This document shows, piece after piece, positions 40,000 through 49,611 of a DNA stretch of 64,000 bases; within the stretch, counting starts at the first letter, position 1, and each line of letters opens with the position of its first letter. Below the pieces are notes generated by a model that saw nothing but the letters and a program-made list of their open reading frames with translations, was not told where the DNA came from and made no database searches. The DNA is from a virus (lineage: Duplodnaviria > Heunggongvirae > Uroviricota > Caudoviricetes), in IMG/VR virus record IMGVR_UViG_3300045988_138358; one strand, written 5' to 3'. The translations under genes were made by a program, and so were the position numbers.

Positions 40000-40679
40000 T
40001 CACCGTTAACGACCAGGCGTTATATAGCCGTATTGATGGTTCAGGATACAGAAACATATGGGTTGTTGGTGATTTGCACGGTTGCTACACCCTGCTTATG
40101 AATGAACTCCATCGTGTGGATTTTGACCCGGCGCAGGATTTACTGATATCAGTCGGCGACCTTATCGATCGCGGCACTGAAAATGTCGAATGCCTGGAGT
40201 TATTGCAAATGCCCTGGTTCCGGGCTGTCATGGGTAACCATGAGCGGTTGATGATCGATGCGTTAAGCCCAGCTGGAAACGTGAATAACTGGCTAATGAA
40301 TGGCGGTCAGTGGTTCTTTATGCTGGATAGTGATAAGGAAGTTTTAGCCAGGGCGCTGGTGGAGCTGGTAAGGCAATTGCCTCATATCATTGAGCTGAAC
40401 ACCGGGCAGGAGACTATTGTCATTGCTCATGCTGACTATCCGGATAGAGAGTATCAGTTCGGTAAGGCTGTGCCGCTTTTCAATGTCATCTGGTCGCGCG
40501 ACCGTGTTAGTGATTCGATAGATGGCATCGGTGAAGAAATTACAGGTGCAGATCGATTTATCTTCGGACACACCCCGGCTAAAAGCCCAAAAGCATTCTG
40601 GAACCAGCATTATATCGATACTGGTGCTGTATTTTGCGGAAACCTGACGCTAATGCAGGTGAAGGGAGGGCAATCGTAA
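39996..40679 (+). CDS. serine/threonine protein phosphatase (lambda-type metallophosphoesterase)
   Basis: ORF track 227 aa; GDLHGC, GDLIDRG and GNHE motifs. Confidence 0.8.
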   Translation: MITVNDQALYSRIDGSGYRNIWVVGDLHGCYTLLMNELHRVDFDPAQDLLISVGDLIDRGTENVECLELLQMPWFRAVMGNHERLMIDALSPAGNVNNWLMNGGQWFFMLDSDKEVLARALVELVRQLPHIIELNTGQETIVIAHADYPDREYQFGKAVPLFNVIWSRDRVSDSIDGIGEEITGADRFIFGHTPAKSPKAFWNQHYIDTGAVFCGNLTLMQVKGGQS

Positions 40680-40711
40680 GCCGGGTTACATCGTTTACGC
40701 GCTCAAAAGTG

Positions 40712-40741
40712 TGTTAGATTGTTGATTTTAATTTTCTAACA
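40712..40741. promoter_or_regulatory. operator-like inverted repeat TGTTAGA-N16-TCTAACA
   Basis: About 40 nt upstream of the 40784 gene. Confidence 0.55.
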
Positions 40742-40783
40742 TATTATTTTACCGCTCGGAACAAAACAGAGTCGGTATGCATT

Positions 40784-41779
40784 ATGAGTGCAATAATCAC
40801 CCCATATGTCGTAAATGAAACTGGTGTGGCTGTCTTTCCTGTAGATAAGCCCACCAGCAATTACATCGGCGCAGGCCGCCGTTTTCTTATCTCCCCATTG
40901 CCGCGCGAACAGGCTGAAAACACCCCTGATGGCGTCGTGGACCTGAATTATTCCCTGGTTGCCAACCAGTCACTGACACCCTTTTTTCAAAGTGAGCGCG
41001 TATTTAATGCGTTAGGTGGCGAGGATTCTATCGTTCACTGGGTTAGCACCAACATTCACGATTGCCAGGCGCATGATAAGCGCGATTGTAGCCACCAGCT
41101 AACCACTCACTTCTATAACGGTTCTGCCGTTCGCCTGTGCTGGAAGCATGATGCGGAATACATGATGAAGGGGTACAGCAAGCTGGACGACCAGTTATCC
41201 CTGAATCGCGCCAACTGGGTTATGAACTGGGCTGCGAGCGAGTTAAAACTACCGCCAGAACGCGATCTGAGCATGGTTGAACTCACTTTTTGGGCCATTC
41301 GCCGGAATCTGAAAGATGAGCTGCCAGATGAAGCCGGGCGCATTGCATTTTGTCAGCCAAAAACTGAAATCCCTACCGGTACGCTGAAAGAATCAGATAT
41401 CACCTGGGAGCGCAGTACGCGCGAGCTGGTGGACATAACCGCAGAGCAGATCGTCAACCTGTCTGTAGATGAGGATTCTGGCCTCCTATATATGCGCCGT
41501 CCAAAAACCTTACTCGGAAAAAGCCCGGCTTATCTCCGCTTTGTGGTTTCTCGTCCGTGCATCGGATGCGGTGGCAAAGTTAACCACCCGTTCATGTACC
41601 GCGCCCGCTCGTTAAACGAACACGACCGCTGGGCTGTTCCTCTTTGCGATGACTGCGCCAGAAGCGCAGAAAACGATGTCCGGGCATGGGAAAAAGCACA
41701 TGGCATACGCCTTTACGTAGCCGCTAACCAGCTTTTTGACTTCGCCATCGAGCGCGGAGTGATCACGTTCAATAACTGA
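40784..41779 (+). CDS. DUF968-like prophage protein with C-terminal Cys cluster (tentative)
   Basis: ORF track 331 aa. Confidence 0.4.
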   Translation: MSAIITPYVVNETGVAVFPVDKPTSNYIGAGRRFLISPLPREQAENTPDGVVDLNYSLVANQSLTPFFQSERVFNALGGEDSIVHWVSTNIHDCQAHDKRDCSHQLTTHFYNGSAVRLCWKHDAEYMMKGYSKLDDQLSLNRANWVMNWAASELKLPPERDLSMVELTFWAIRRNLKDELPDEAGRIAFCQPKTEIPTGTLKESDITWERSTRELVDITAEQIVNLSVDEDSGLLYMRRPKTLLGKSPAYLRFVVSRPCIGCGGKVNHPFMYRARSLNEHDRWAVPLCDDCARSAENDVRAWEKAHGIRLYVAANQLFDFAIERGVITFNN

Positions 41780-41792
41780 TGGGAACAATGCA

Positions 41793-42092
41793 ATGAGTCA
41801 AGGTAATGGTGACGGAGCTGCAAAGTGCAGAATCTCCACTTGTTTGATTAATGACAAAAAAATAGAACCGTGCGCGGCGTTGGCACAATCTCTGGAGCAG
41901 GATGCTGAATACACGACGCGGAAAGGTCTGCTGAAATACAAAATCTATAACCATGAATTAATTCATTCACAAGACCTGATCATGCTGCGATCAGGCGAGT
42001 TTTCTAAATCGCCGATTCGAATTTCATTTTGCCCGTTCTGTGGTGAAAGTCTGAAAACGCGGGAAGCGGAGGCAACCAGTGAGCAAAATTAA
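41793..42092 (+). CDS. small zinc-ribbon-like protein
   Basis: ORF track 99 aa; CPFCG motif. Confidence 0.3.
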   Translation: MSQGNGDGAAKCRISTCLINDKKIEPCAALAQSLEQDAEYTTRKGLLKYKIYNHELIHSQDLIMLRSGEFSKSPIRISFCPFCGESLKTREAEATSEQN

Positions 42093-42696
42093 CTATCAAG
42101 AACTGCGCGAGGCGGCGGAACAGGCAACGCAAGATGAATGGGTAGCATATATTTTGCCGGGTCATAACGGCATTTATCCTGCGCGCACATCTGAGGGTAG
42201 GCATTGCGGATACTTTATTGACTGGCCTGGCATTGATGGACAAAGGAATGCTGGTGCTAATGCCCGTTATATCGCTGCTATCCCACCAAAAGTTGCGTTG
42301 TCACTACTGGATGAAATTAAACGTCAGGAGGACTCAAATATTGATGCTATGTGCCGTATTGCAGAGCTTGAAACTAATATCGCGGCGCTGGTGGCAGAGA
42401 ACGCCGGACTGAAACACGCAATGGCCGTAACTCTTGAGCATGTGTCGGTAACGGATGCAGGGCAGGCCGGAGTTGCTGCGATGATTATTAATGATGCCCT
42501 GCACCACAGCGAAACGCCAGCTACCGACGCTTTCATGGCGGAAGTGCGGGCGCAGGGGGTGGATATGGCTCGTAACGCGATGATTGATTTTGTTGATGGT
42601 GAAGTTGGGCCAAACAAGAACGTTCCGGGTCTGATTAGAGGCGCAGAGATATGCGTAAGTATTGCTGAACAGCTTCGCAAAGGAGGCAACCAGTGA
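42079..42696 (+). CDS. Ea22-like mosaic paralog
   Basis: ORF track 205 aa; N-terminal INYQELREAAE and C-terminal ATDAFMAEVRAQG..QLRKGGNQ modules shared with paralogs. Confidence 0.45.
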   Translation: MSKINYQELREAAEQATQDEWVAYILPGHNGIYPARTSEGRHCGYFIDWPGIDGQRNAGANARYIAAIPPKVALSLLDEIKRQEDSNIDAMCRIAELETNIAALVAENAGLKHAMAVTLEHVSVTDAGQAGVAAMIINDALHHSETPATDAFMAEVRAQGVDMARNAMIDFVDGEVGPNKNVPGLIRGAEICVSIAEQLRKGGNQ

Positions 42697-43178
42697 GCGA
42701 AATTAATTACCAGGCACTGCGTGAGGCGGCGGAACGTGCAACTCCAGCAATGGAACGCCTGTTAATGTTGCCAGCTGATGATGATTTGTTAAGTGAACAG
42801 GAACTTAAAGATTACGGTGTGGATATTGATGCGCTCAACGCCTTCAAATTTCTGATCGGACCAGAAACCGTGCTGGCGCTGCTGGATGAACGGGAAAGAA
42901 ACCAGCAATACATAAAACGCCGCGATCAGGAGAACGAGGATATTGCGCTAACGGTAGGGAAGCTGCGCGTTGAGCTTGAGGCAGAAAAACAGCGGGCAAA
43001 GGATCTGTTTATGGAAAATGCTCGGCTTAAGTCAGGTATAGCCGGTCTGATACACCTCGGTATTCGATATGCGGATGTTGAGGTCATGAAAATTGCTGGA
43101 GATGCCCAGCTTTCTACCCCATGCACTGACAGCATCATAAACAGCATTGCAACAGGCATTCGCATCGAAGGAGAGTGA
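42693..43178 (+). CDS. Ea22-like mosaic paralog
   Basis: ORF track 161 aa. Confidence 0.4.
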   Translation: MSEINYQALREAAERATPAMERLLMLPADDDLLSEQELKDYGVDIDALNAFKFLIGPETVLALLDERERNQQYIKRRDQENEDIALTVGKLRVELEAEKQRAKDLFMENARLKSGIAGLIHLGIRYADVEVMKIAGDAQLSTPCTDSIINSIATGIRIEGE

Positions 43179-43179
43179 C

Positions 43180-43953
43180 ATGACCACTTTAACCGACAAA
43201 GAACTGATTAAAGAAATCAAAGAGCGCATAGGCAGCTTGGACGTTCGAGACAATATTGAGCGCCGTGCTTATGAAATTGCACTGGCATCGATGGAAGCAG
43301 ATCCAGTTGCTTATATTTTCAAACATCCGGCCGGGAAATTATTCTGGGCTTTAACGGATGAAAGCAATAAAGAGCAAGCGGACGTTATTCCTGTTTATGC
43401 CGCCCCTCCAGTACCAGTAGTACCTGCTGCATTACCTGAGAACGACGATGATGACGGGCATGACATTGATTATCTTGAGCCATCTGAAGTTTACTCGCTT
43501 GGGCGAACAGCTGGCTGGAACGCCTGCCGTGCTGCCATGCTTCATGGTGCCGAACCTGTAAGCCAAACTTACAAGTTGCCTCCCCTGTCATCCAACGAAG
43601 TAAACGACGCGGCATGGAAATTACGCAACATGCTTACTGAACACGGTCCTCTTAATGGGCGTCAGTTCAACAATCTGAAAGGTTGCTTCTATGAGGCATT
43701 AAAGGTCGCAATGCGCAACTATCCGGTAACTCCGGATGGTTGGATAAGCTGTAGTGAGCGAATGCCGGATACCAAAACAGCCGTTCTTGTTGCCAAGGAG
43801 TTTGATAGGAAAGGTGACTGGCGAATGAAATGGGCGACTTACATCCCGGGGCATCCTGACGCTAATGATGGGTGGATCATTCCTGGGGCGTCGTGGAAAC
43901 CGTCACACTGGATGCCGCTACCAGAACCGCCGCAGGAGGTTAACCGTGGCTAA
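43180..43953 (+). CDS. DUF551-like protein (tentative)
   Basis: ORF track 43147-43953; ATG at 43180 has GGAG upstream. Confidence 0.4.
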   Translation: MTTLTDKELIKEIKERIGSLDVRDNIERRAYEIALASMEADPVAYIFKHPAGKLFWALTDESNKEQADVIPVYAAPPVPVVPAALPENDDDDGHDIDYLEPSEVYSLGRTAGWNACRAAMLHGAEPVSQTYKLPPLSSNEVNDAAWKLRNMLTEHGPLNGRQFNNLKGCFYEALKVAMRNYPVTPDGWISCSERMPDTKTAVLVAKEFDRKGDWRMKWATYIPGHPDANDGWIIPGASWKPSHWMPLPEPPQEVNRG

Positions 43954-44227
43954 CCTTCAACTGGCAGTTAACGGTGAATATTTCGACCAGATGAAGTCTG
44001 GAGAGAAAACGGAAGAGTATCGCTTGTGTAATGACTACTGGAATAAGCGAATTCTGTTCCGCGAGTATGACCGCCTGATTATCACAAAGGGATATCCGAA
44101 GCGCGATGATTCCAGCCGCAGAATAGACGTCCCGTATGACGGATATGAAATCAAGACAATCACGCATCCCCACTTCGGCGATAAACCGGTAAAGGTTTAC
44201 GCGATAAAGGTAAATATCAATGGCTAA
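43946..44227 (+). CDS. small ASCH-like protein (tentative)
   Basis: Inferred GTG start at 43946 after GGAGG; ORF track lists a different N-terminus from 43865. Confidence 0.25.
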   Translation: MANLQLAVNGEYFDQMKSGEKTEEYRLCNDYWNKRILFREYDRLIITKGYPKRDDSSRRIDVPYDGYEIKTITHPHFGDKPVKVYAIKVNING

Positions 44228-44624
44228 ATTTCAAAGAAATATTATTTTTCTGGCAATGTTATCTGCCTGTCATTTATCTCATGCATCGGTTATTGCTGCG
44301 GGAGCTGCGGCAACCGCTGTAATTAGCGCCTCATCCGCCAGCGAGCATGAGCAACGTACTGCAATCAATGCATCTGCCAATACCACCACGGTATCAGTAA
44401 CACAAGAAAAGCCGAATATCGGCTTTGTTACTTGTGGCAAGCGATATGGTGAAATGGTTGGCTCTCTTGGTTGCGTAATGTGGCAAGACGACGACCGAAC
44501 AGAAATTCCGTGGAACTCATGGCCTGGCTACATTCTTGGTAAGAAGCTGCCCACCAGCTATGAAGTAAATGCTATTTCGTTCGACCAATATAACAGTGTT
44601 GCAACGGTCTATTTCTCTTATTAA
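44220..44624 (+). CDS. predicted secreted protein
   Basis: ORF track 134 aa; signal peptide. Confidence 0.35.
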   Translation: MAKFQRNIIFLAMLSACHLSHASVIAAGAAATAVISASSASEHEQRTAINASANTTTVSVTQEKPNIGFVTCGKRYGEMVGSLGCVMWQDDDRTEIPWNSWPGYILGKKLPTSYEVNAISFDQYNSVATVYFSY

Positions 44625-44636
44625 CACGGAGTAATT

Positions 44637-44930
44637 ATGTGGCGCGGTAATAATCATGGTGGAAGCCAGATGATACTTACCGAATATCAGCTCGACCACA
44701 AAACCAATAAATCACGCTCAGTATATTTGCTTCGGCACAATAGCCGCGTAAGGAATACCGTGCTGGAGCAAAATCTGACCGTTGAAATGGATAATTCGGG
44801 GAACTTCAAGCCAACAATTTCGCTTGATGATTTTCCGCGTGGTTTAAGCGAAAGAGAAGCCATGCTGAAATTAGCAGAATGGCTTCAGAGGTTAAGTATT
44901 GTTATTGAAGATAACTGGAGTCAACCATAA
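44637..44930 (+). CDS. hypothetical protein
   Basis: ORF track 97 aa. Confidence 0.3.
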   Translation: MWRGNNHGGSQMILTEYQLDHKTNKSRSVYLLRHNSRVRNTVLEQNLTVEMDNSGNFKPTISLDDFPRGLSEREAMLKLAEWLQRLSIVIEDNWSQP

Positions 44931-45106
44931 TGAAAAACAGAAAGAAATTTTGGATTACTTTTTTGTTTGTATGCCTTTGCGGTTTATTTATTTTATTAGC
45001 TGGTGGTGTTAAATGGGGTACGGTGGGGTGTGGTTTTTGGAGCGGGGTTACTCTTTTCGCAGCCTGGCTTATCGCCAACTTTGAGTCAGGCGGAGGGTAT
45101 TGGTAA
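44930..45106 (+). CDS. small membrane protein, 58 aa
   Basis: Hand-found; ATG overlaps the previous stop (TAATG). Confidence 0.3.
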   Translation: MKNRKKFWITFLFVCLCGLFILLAGGVKWGTVGCGFWSGVTLFAAWLIANFESGGGYW

Positions 45107-45185
45107 GTGGTCTTATTCCCCACTTCATAACGGATATCACGCTCGTGATAACGGATATTCCAATTTTGATAACGGATAAGGCCAA

Positions 45186-45395
45186 ATGAAGCATTTTTTA
45201 AGGTTGGCATTTGTTCTGGCGCTATTTGATCCTCCGGCTGCAATGGCTGGAGAACAGCAACATTGCACAAAAGAGAATGAACCCCCTTTCATCGTTATTC
45301 AATGCGATGACGGAACGGTGACTGTGGTTAATGTAAGAAATGACCGTGTAGCTGTTTGCCGTAAAGGCGAACCATGCAAGGAAATAAAACTATGA
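45186..45395 (+). CDS. small secreted protein
   Basis: ORF track 69 aa; signal peptide. Confidence 0.3.
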   Translation: MKHFLRLAFVLALFDPPAAMAGEQQHCTKENEPPFIVIQCDDGTVTVVNVRNDRVAVCRKGEPCKEIKL

Positions 45396-46150
45396 CAAGA
45401 ATCACTAAAGAGCGTATTTCAGATATTATTTCCCGTATCGAAATGTATGGTCACGGTGCTGGATATACGGCAGATGAAGTATTGGCACTTGCCCAAATGG
45501 CTTTGGCGGCTTGCAAAGATGATAAAAAAATGAAGCTTATCGACTTGTTAGTGAAGGAGCTGCCTAAGTGCGGCGGGTGGCCTGATGGTATGATCGATTG
45601 TCGCCTGCTCAGTGCCAATTTAATGGCGCCATGCGCGACTTTTGCTTTTGGCTCAGACCACAAAAAAGACACGTTCTTTGGGCGCAATTTTTGTTGTGAG
45701 ATTGAGCTTCCAATTGGTGACCTTGATAGCGATGAATACCTGTCAGTTGTCACTCGCGAACAATACGAATCAGCTCTCATAGCGTCGCAGAAAGTCGAGT
45801 TCAATGGTGATGAACTTGAAAGTAAGACTTACAGGTTGGATTTTGGGCAATGGCTGGAACAGCAACGCGGGAAAATCGATGTGGACTGTGGTTGTGTGTC
45901 CACTGAAACATTCATGCACTGGCTGCGGGTAGCTTACGAGGCTGGCAACCATCCGGATTTTCCGGATAGTTCCCAACAATCGCCCAAGAAAAGCGTAAAA
46001 ACCACTCTGGAAAGAGGCTATCTTGAGGCCGCATTAAAGATTAAGCCTGGCCATACGCTAGGCGTCATTGATGCCATGTTGGTTCATGAAATGGCGAAGG
46101 CTTTATTGCCGCTGGTGGCTGATAAAATTCCGAATAAAGCCGATATCTGA
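45374..46150 (+). CDS. hypothetical protein
   Basis: ORF track 258 aa. Confidence 0.3.
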   Translation: MQGNKTMTRITKERISDIISRIEMYGHGAGYTADEVLALAQMALAACKDDKKMKLIDLLVKELPKCGGWPDGMIDCRLLSANLMAPCATFAFGSDHKKDTFFGRNFCCEIELPIGDLDSDEYLSVVTREQYESALIASQKVEFNGDELESKTYRLDFGQWLEQQRGKIDVDCGCVSTETFMHWLRVAYEAGNHPDFPDSSQQSPKKSVKTTLERGYLEAALKIKPGHTLGVIDAMLVHEMAKALLPLVADKIPNKADI

Positions 46151-46189
46151 TCACCATGCTAAAATCCCCTCAATTCACAGAGGGGATTT

Positions 46190-46462
46190 TTGTATATGTT
46201 GCATAGAGTTTTATGGAAAAGCGTTATTGTCGGCGCGATACTGGCTATATCTGGGTGTGCAATGGTGCAATACAACGACGGTGAAAAGGTAAGCATACAG
46301 TCAGATGGTTGGTATGGCCTGGATAGCCTGCAAAAAACCGCAGATAAAGCCTGTCAGCAATATGGGAAGTCTAAAGCAGTATATCAGCATAGCGCGAACG
46401 CTAACCCTCATCTAGCGCCCGGTTCTGGTGTTCAGAATACCATCTGGAAATGTGAGCCTTAA
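46190..46462 (+). CDS. predicted lipoprotein
   Basis: ORF track 90 aa; lipobox ISGC. Confidence 0.4.
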   Translation: MYMLHRVLWKSVIVGAILAISGCAMVQYNDGEKVSIQSDGWYGLDSLQKTADKACQQYGKSKAVYQHSANANPHLAPGSGVQNTIWKCEP

Positions 46463-46464
46463 AT

Positions 46465-46716
46465 ATGAGCGACTGGAATATTGCAGCTAAAAGTCAGGAA
46501 GAACGGGATAAGGTTAACGTTGATCTGGCTGCCAGCGGTGTGGCGTACAAAGAGCGATTGAACATACCTGTCATAGCTGAACAGGTAGCCCGCGAGCAAC
46601 CAGAGAATCTGCGCACCTATTTCATGGAACGGCTACGGCACTACCGGCAGTTAAGCCTCCAGTTGCCAAAAGGGAGCGATCCGGTGTATCAGAACGAGGA
46701 TGCACCAAAAAAATAG
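46465..46716 (+). CDS. hypothetical protein
   Basis: ORF track 83 aa. Confidence 0.3.
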   Translation: MSDWNIAAKSQEERDKVNVDLAASGVAYKERLNIPVIAEQVAREQPENLRTYFMERLRHYRQLSLQLPKGSDPVYQNEDAPKK

Positions 46717-46801
46717 CGGCAAGATGGGGGAGAAATGTGATTAGCCCCCAGCGTGGCGCGCCTACAAACCCAGCTTTCACAAACTATGCCTTTTCAATGT
46801 A

Positions 46802-46821
46802 TACTGTATGAATAAACAGTA
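46802..46821 (+). promoter_or_regulatory. LexA box (TACTGTATGAATAAACAGTA)
   Basis: CTGT-N8-ACAG palindrome ending 19 nt upstream of the humD ATG. Confidence 0.75.
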
Positions 46822-46839
46822 TCATTAAGGTAAAACGCT

Positions 46840-47229
46840 ATGGGCTTCCCTTCTCCTGCGGCGGATTATGCAGAGAGCCGCATTTCTCTTGATCAGCAAC
46901 TAATCAGACATCCTTCCGCGACCTACTTCATGCGGGCGGCAGACAGCCATCACCGTGAGGGAATATTGCAAGGTGCTTTGCTGGTGGTTGATTCCTCACT
47001 TACTCCGGTTGATGGTTCACTGCTTATATGCGCTATGGAGGGTGAATATCGCATAAAGAGATACAGGAAGTATCCGCGCCAGCACCTGGAGGATTTAAGC
47101 ACCGGGAAGAAAGAGGCGTTACCAGTAGATGACGATGGATACACGGGCAGTAATGCTGTTTTTGGTGTGATCACTCATGTCATCAATGATGCCCGAAGTG
47201 GGGAGTTTGATTATAGACCTGTGATTTAA
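46840..47229 (+). CDS. humD: HumD-like, pre-truncated UmuD' homolog
   Basis: ORF track 129 aa; begins MGFPSPAADY, i.e. at the position of the UmuD self-cleavage site as I recall it. Confidence 0.65.
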   Translation: MGFPSPAADYAESRISLDQQLIRHPSATYFMRAADSHHREGILQGALLVVDSSLTPVDGSLLICAMEGEYRIKRYRKYPRQHLEDLSTGKKEALPVDDDGYTGSNAVFGVITHVINDARSGEFDYRPVI

Positions 47230-47239
47230 GGCGCATAAA

Positions 47240-47270
47240 GAAGCCCGCCAGACCAGGCGGGCTTTTTGTT
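47240..47270. terminator. intrinsic terminator between humD and the convergent minus operon
   Basis: Hairpin AGCCCGCC-loop-GGCGGGCT followed by TTTTGTT. Confidence 0.65.
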
Positions 47271-47274
47271 GATA

Positions 47275-48369
47275 TCATTCAATGATTTTTTCGGCTGTCA
47301 GCCAGCTAATTTCGTGCCTGTCTTTCGGCGGTTTTAGCATGTGAGCATATTCAGCGACATGCTCCCACGGAATTGTTTTTGCCCACTCAACGATAGCATT
47401 GTGATCTGCAGTGAAGAGTGGAATAGTGTGCGATTTCAACCATTCTAATGTCGTGACGCCATGTTTTTTGGCGTGGTGCTGCGCATGATGCCGGGCTATC
47501 ACTCGTAATGGCATTGTCCATTCACTACCATCAGGCATCGAAAAGCGCATTGTCTTCGGCATATCTGATTCAAGAACAGCCTCCCTAATACCAGGGAACT
47601 CACCAAGAATCATACGACGATAGTCATCACTATTTCGCCCGCCATACCTTTCGGCAAAATGATCAAGATATTCTTGGGTAATAAATGGTGAATCCTCCGC
47701 ACTCAGCTTAATGGCTTTATATACACCACTCGGATTATCTTCAGCTAAAGCACGTCCATGATGTGAATCATAAAAAAAGCCTATTTCCTCTGGTGACGGA
47801 ATTGAAGTGAGCAATATGCGTGAATCACCACTAGTCATGCTTGCCCACACAATGCTGTATGCCCGATCGCTGATATGTGCGGAATCCACAATAATGAATA
47901 AAAGATGGTCGGCGTAGTGACCTGCAATGCTATCTTCATAGTTAAGGCGGTAGTTACAAAAGCACATTCCCCAAAATTCATTGAACATCAGACCGCTATC
48001 ACCGACCTTAAAATACTCAATGATAAAAGGTTGTTTTTTCAGCAATGCCTCCCAACATTGCCACACATATGCAACAATTCCTCTTTTGCAAACATTTGAT
48101 TTTGGATAAACAATTACTGTCCGGGAATCAGGATACATAATCGTATAAAGGGTACTAATAACAGCAAGCACTTGCGGTCGTCCGATCCCATACGGAGTGG
48201 TGACAGTAGCTTTTGCATTATTGGGCTGTATAGCTTCAACAATTTGTTGTTGCTGGTGGCTTAAATCAATATCAAACAATTCTTTTGCTGCCAGTACCCA
48301 ATTGTCTTTATATTTCTCCACCAGCGACAGCCAGCGCGGATCTTTATAAATATTGCTCTTAGTCGCCAT
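47275..48369 (-). CDS. terminase large-subunit ATPase-domain paralog with degenerate Walker A and B, no nuclease domain
   Basis: ORF track 47275-48660; likelier start ATG 48369. Aligns by eye with the PacB-like protein at 53517-55025, but GHGTGKS is PYGIGRP and LDEAS is VDSAH. Confidence 0.6.
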   Translation of the reverse strand: MATKSNIYKDPRWLSLVEKYKDNWVLAAKELFDIDLSHQQQQIVEAIQPNNAKATVTTPYGIGRPQVLAVISTLYTIMYPDSRTVIVYPKSNVCKRGIVAYVWQCWEALLKKQPFIIEYFKVGDSGLMFNEFWGMCFCNYRLNYEDSIAGHYADHLLFIIVDSAHISDRAYSIVWASMTSGDSRILLTSIPSPEEIGFFYDSHHGRALAEDNPSGVYKAIKLSAEDSPFITQEYLDHFAERYGGRNSDDYRRMILGEFPGIREAVLESDMPKTMRFSMPDGSEWTMPLRVIARHHAQHHAKKHGVTTLEWLKSHTIPLFTADHNAIVEWAKTIPWEHVAEYAHMLKPPKDRHEISWLTAEKIIE

Positions 48370-49126
48370 CTGCCACTTCCTTAACTTCTTCTTTGGCCTG
48401 TTCTGCAATCGCCGCACGGCATTTCGCCCTGGCCGTAGCGATTGCTTCAGCACGCACATCATCAGGAATCGTTGACGTGATATACATATCCAGTTCTTCG
48501 GCGCGGAACACTGTTTGGTCCAGATATTCGCGTAGCATCCAGGTAAATTCGAAATCACACGCGATAATCTCTGCGCTACCTTCTGCACCATTTGGGAAAT
48601 GAATAAAAGCCTGTTTAGCCAAACCGATAACACGACATGCGGTTGCCAAAACAGCGGCAACCAGGTTTACATTTTCACACGCTACGGGCTGATTAACGCC
48701 GGAGATTACTCCATTTAACTGTCGGTTATATGGAAGGTAGTTTGAGATGCGTTCTACGCGCCATGTGCCAGTCAGGCTGCCATTCTTAAAGATAATTGGT
48801 GTAACGGATAGCCCAAGCTCGCGTATAAGTCGTTGCGCTATAGCAGGATCATTAAACATGTCTAATGCTACACATTCGAAAGACTGTGCAAGGGTAAACA
48901 GTTCTTCCAGAGAGTAGTCTTTGCCCCTGGCGGTGATGTAACGATGAACGCCGCTTTCTGCATCACTCCATATAGCTACGCCATGCTCTTCATTCAGCTC
49001 TTCATTAAAGCCGAGATACGTCATGATAGTACGTTCAATCGTGTCAAACGGCAGTGACATGTCGGCGTTAACAGCCACCAGCAGGCCATTACGCAAGCGG
49101 TATTGAATTGCTTTAGTATTTTCCAC
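48359..49126 (-). CDS. hypothetical protein
   Basis: ORF track 255 aa; overlaps the downstream gene start. Confidence 0.35.
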   Translation of the reverse strand: MENTKAIQYRLRNGLLVAVNADMSLPFDTIERTIMTYLGFNEELNEEHGVAIWSDAESGVHRYITARGKDYSLEELFTLAQSFECVALDMFNDPAIAQRLIRELGLSVTPIIFKNGSLTGTWRVERISNYLPYNRQLNGVISGVNQPVACENVNLVAAVLATACRVIGLAKQAFIHFPNGAEGSAEIIACDFEFTWMLREYLDQTVFRAEELDMYITSTIPDDVRAEAIATARAKCRAAIAEQAKEEVKEVADGD

Positions 49127-49132
49127 GTTAAA

Positions 49133-49597
49133 TCACTCCACTACAAACCAGTCACATGCCAGTAAGTCGCCTACAGAAGGCGCCCACGGAACAACTACAC
49201 CTTGTGCATTTTTTAAGGCGAAATAAGCACCATACGGAACGAGATCGCCGGGGAAATATCCCTTAATGGCTTCCATTCGTGCCGGGTACTGTCCTTCAGG
49301 AACCAGCCAGCAGAATTGGTTTTCGCCGTTCCACCCGCGCCGGGCAACTTTCTTGCCATCCTTCAGCCACATCAGCGCGTCAGAAAAGTCGGCTGCTTCA
49401 AGGTCGATTTCTTCTTGCTGGGTGGTGATGCCACCAGCAGAAATAGTTACGCTCCCGGTAAGATTAATCATCACGCCGTTGTCATCCGTAATGATGACCG
49501 TGGTTCCATTTTTGGAGGCGTCGTTAACCAGGCCATAGCGTTCCTCAGATGATTTGGGAAGGAACTTAAAAAGCTCTTTCGTTGCCATGTTATTCAT
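49133..49597 (-). CDS. fusion protein with C-terminal DUF2829-like (Tad2-like) domain
   Basis: ORF track 154 aa; C-terminal ~90 aa (ALMWLKDGKKVARRGWNG .. VVPWAPSVGDLLACDWFVVE) match the DUF2829 hallmark pattern as I recall it. Confidence 0.55.
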   Translation of the reverse strand: MNNMATKELFKFLPKSSEERYGLVNDASKNGTTVIITDDNGVMINLTGSVTISAGGITTQQEEIDLEAADFSDALMWLKDGKKVARRGWNGENQFCWLVPEGQYPARMEAIKGYFPGDLVPYGAYFALKNAQGVVVPWAPSVGDLLACDWFVVE

Positions 49598-49611
49598 AGT
49601 CTTTTCTCTGC

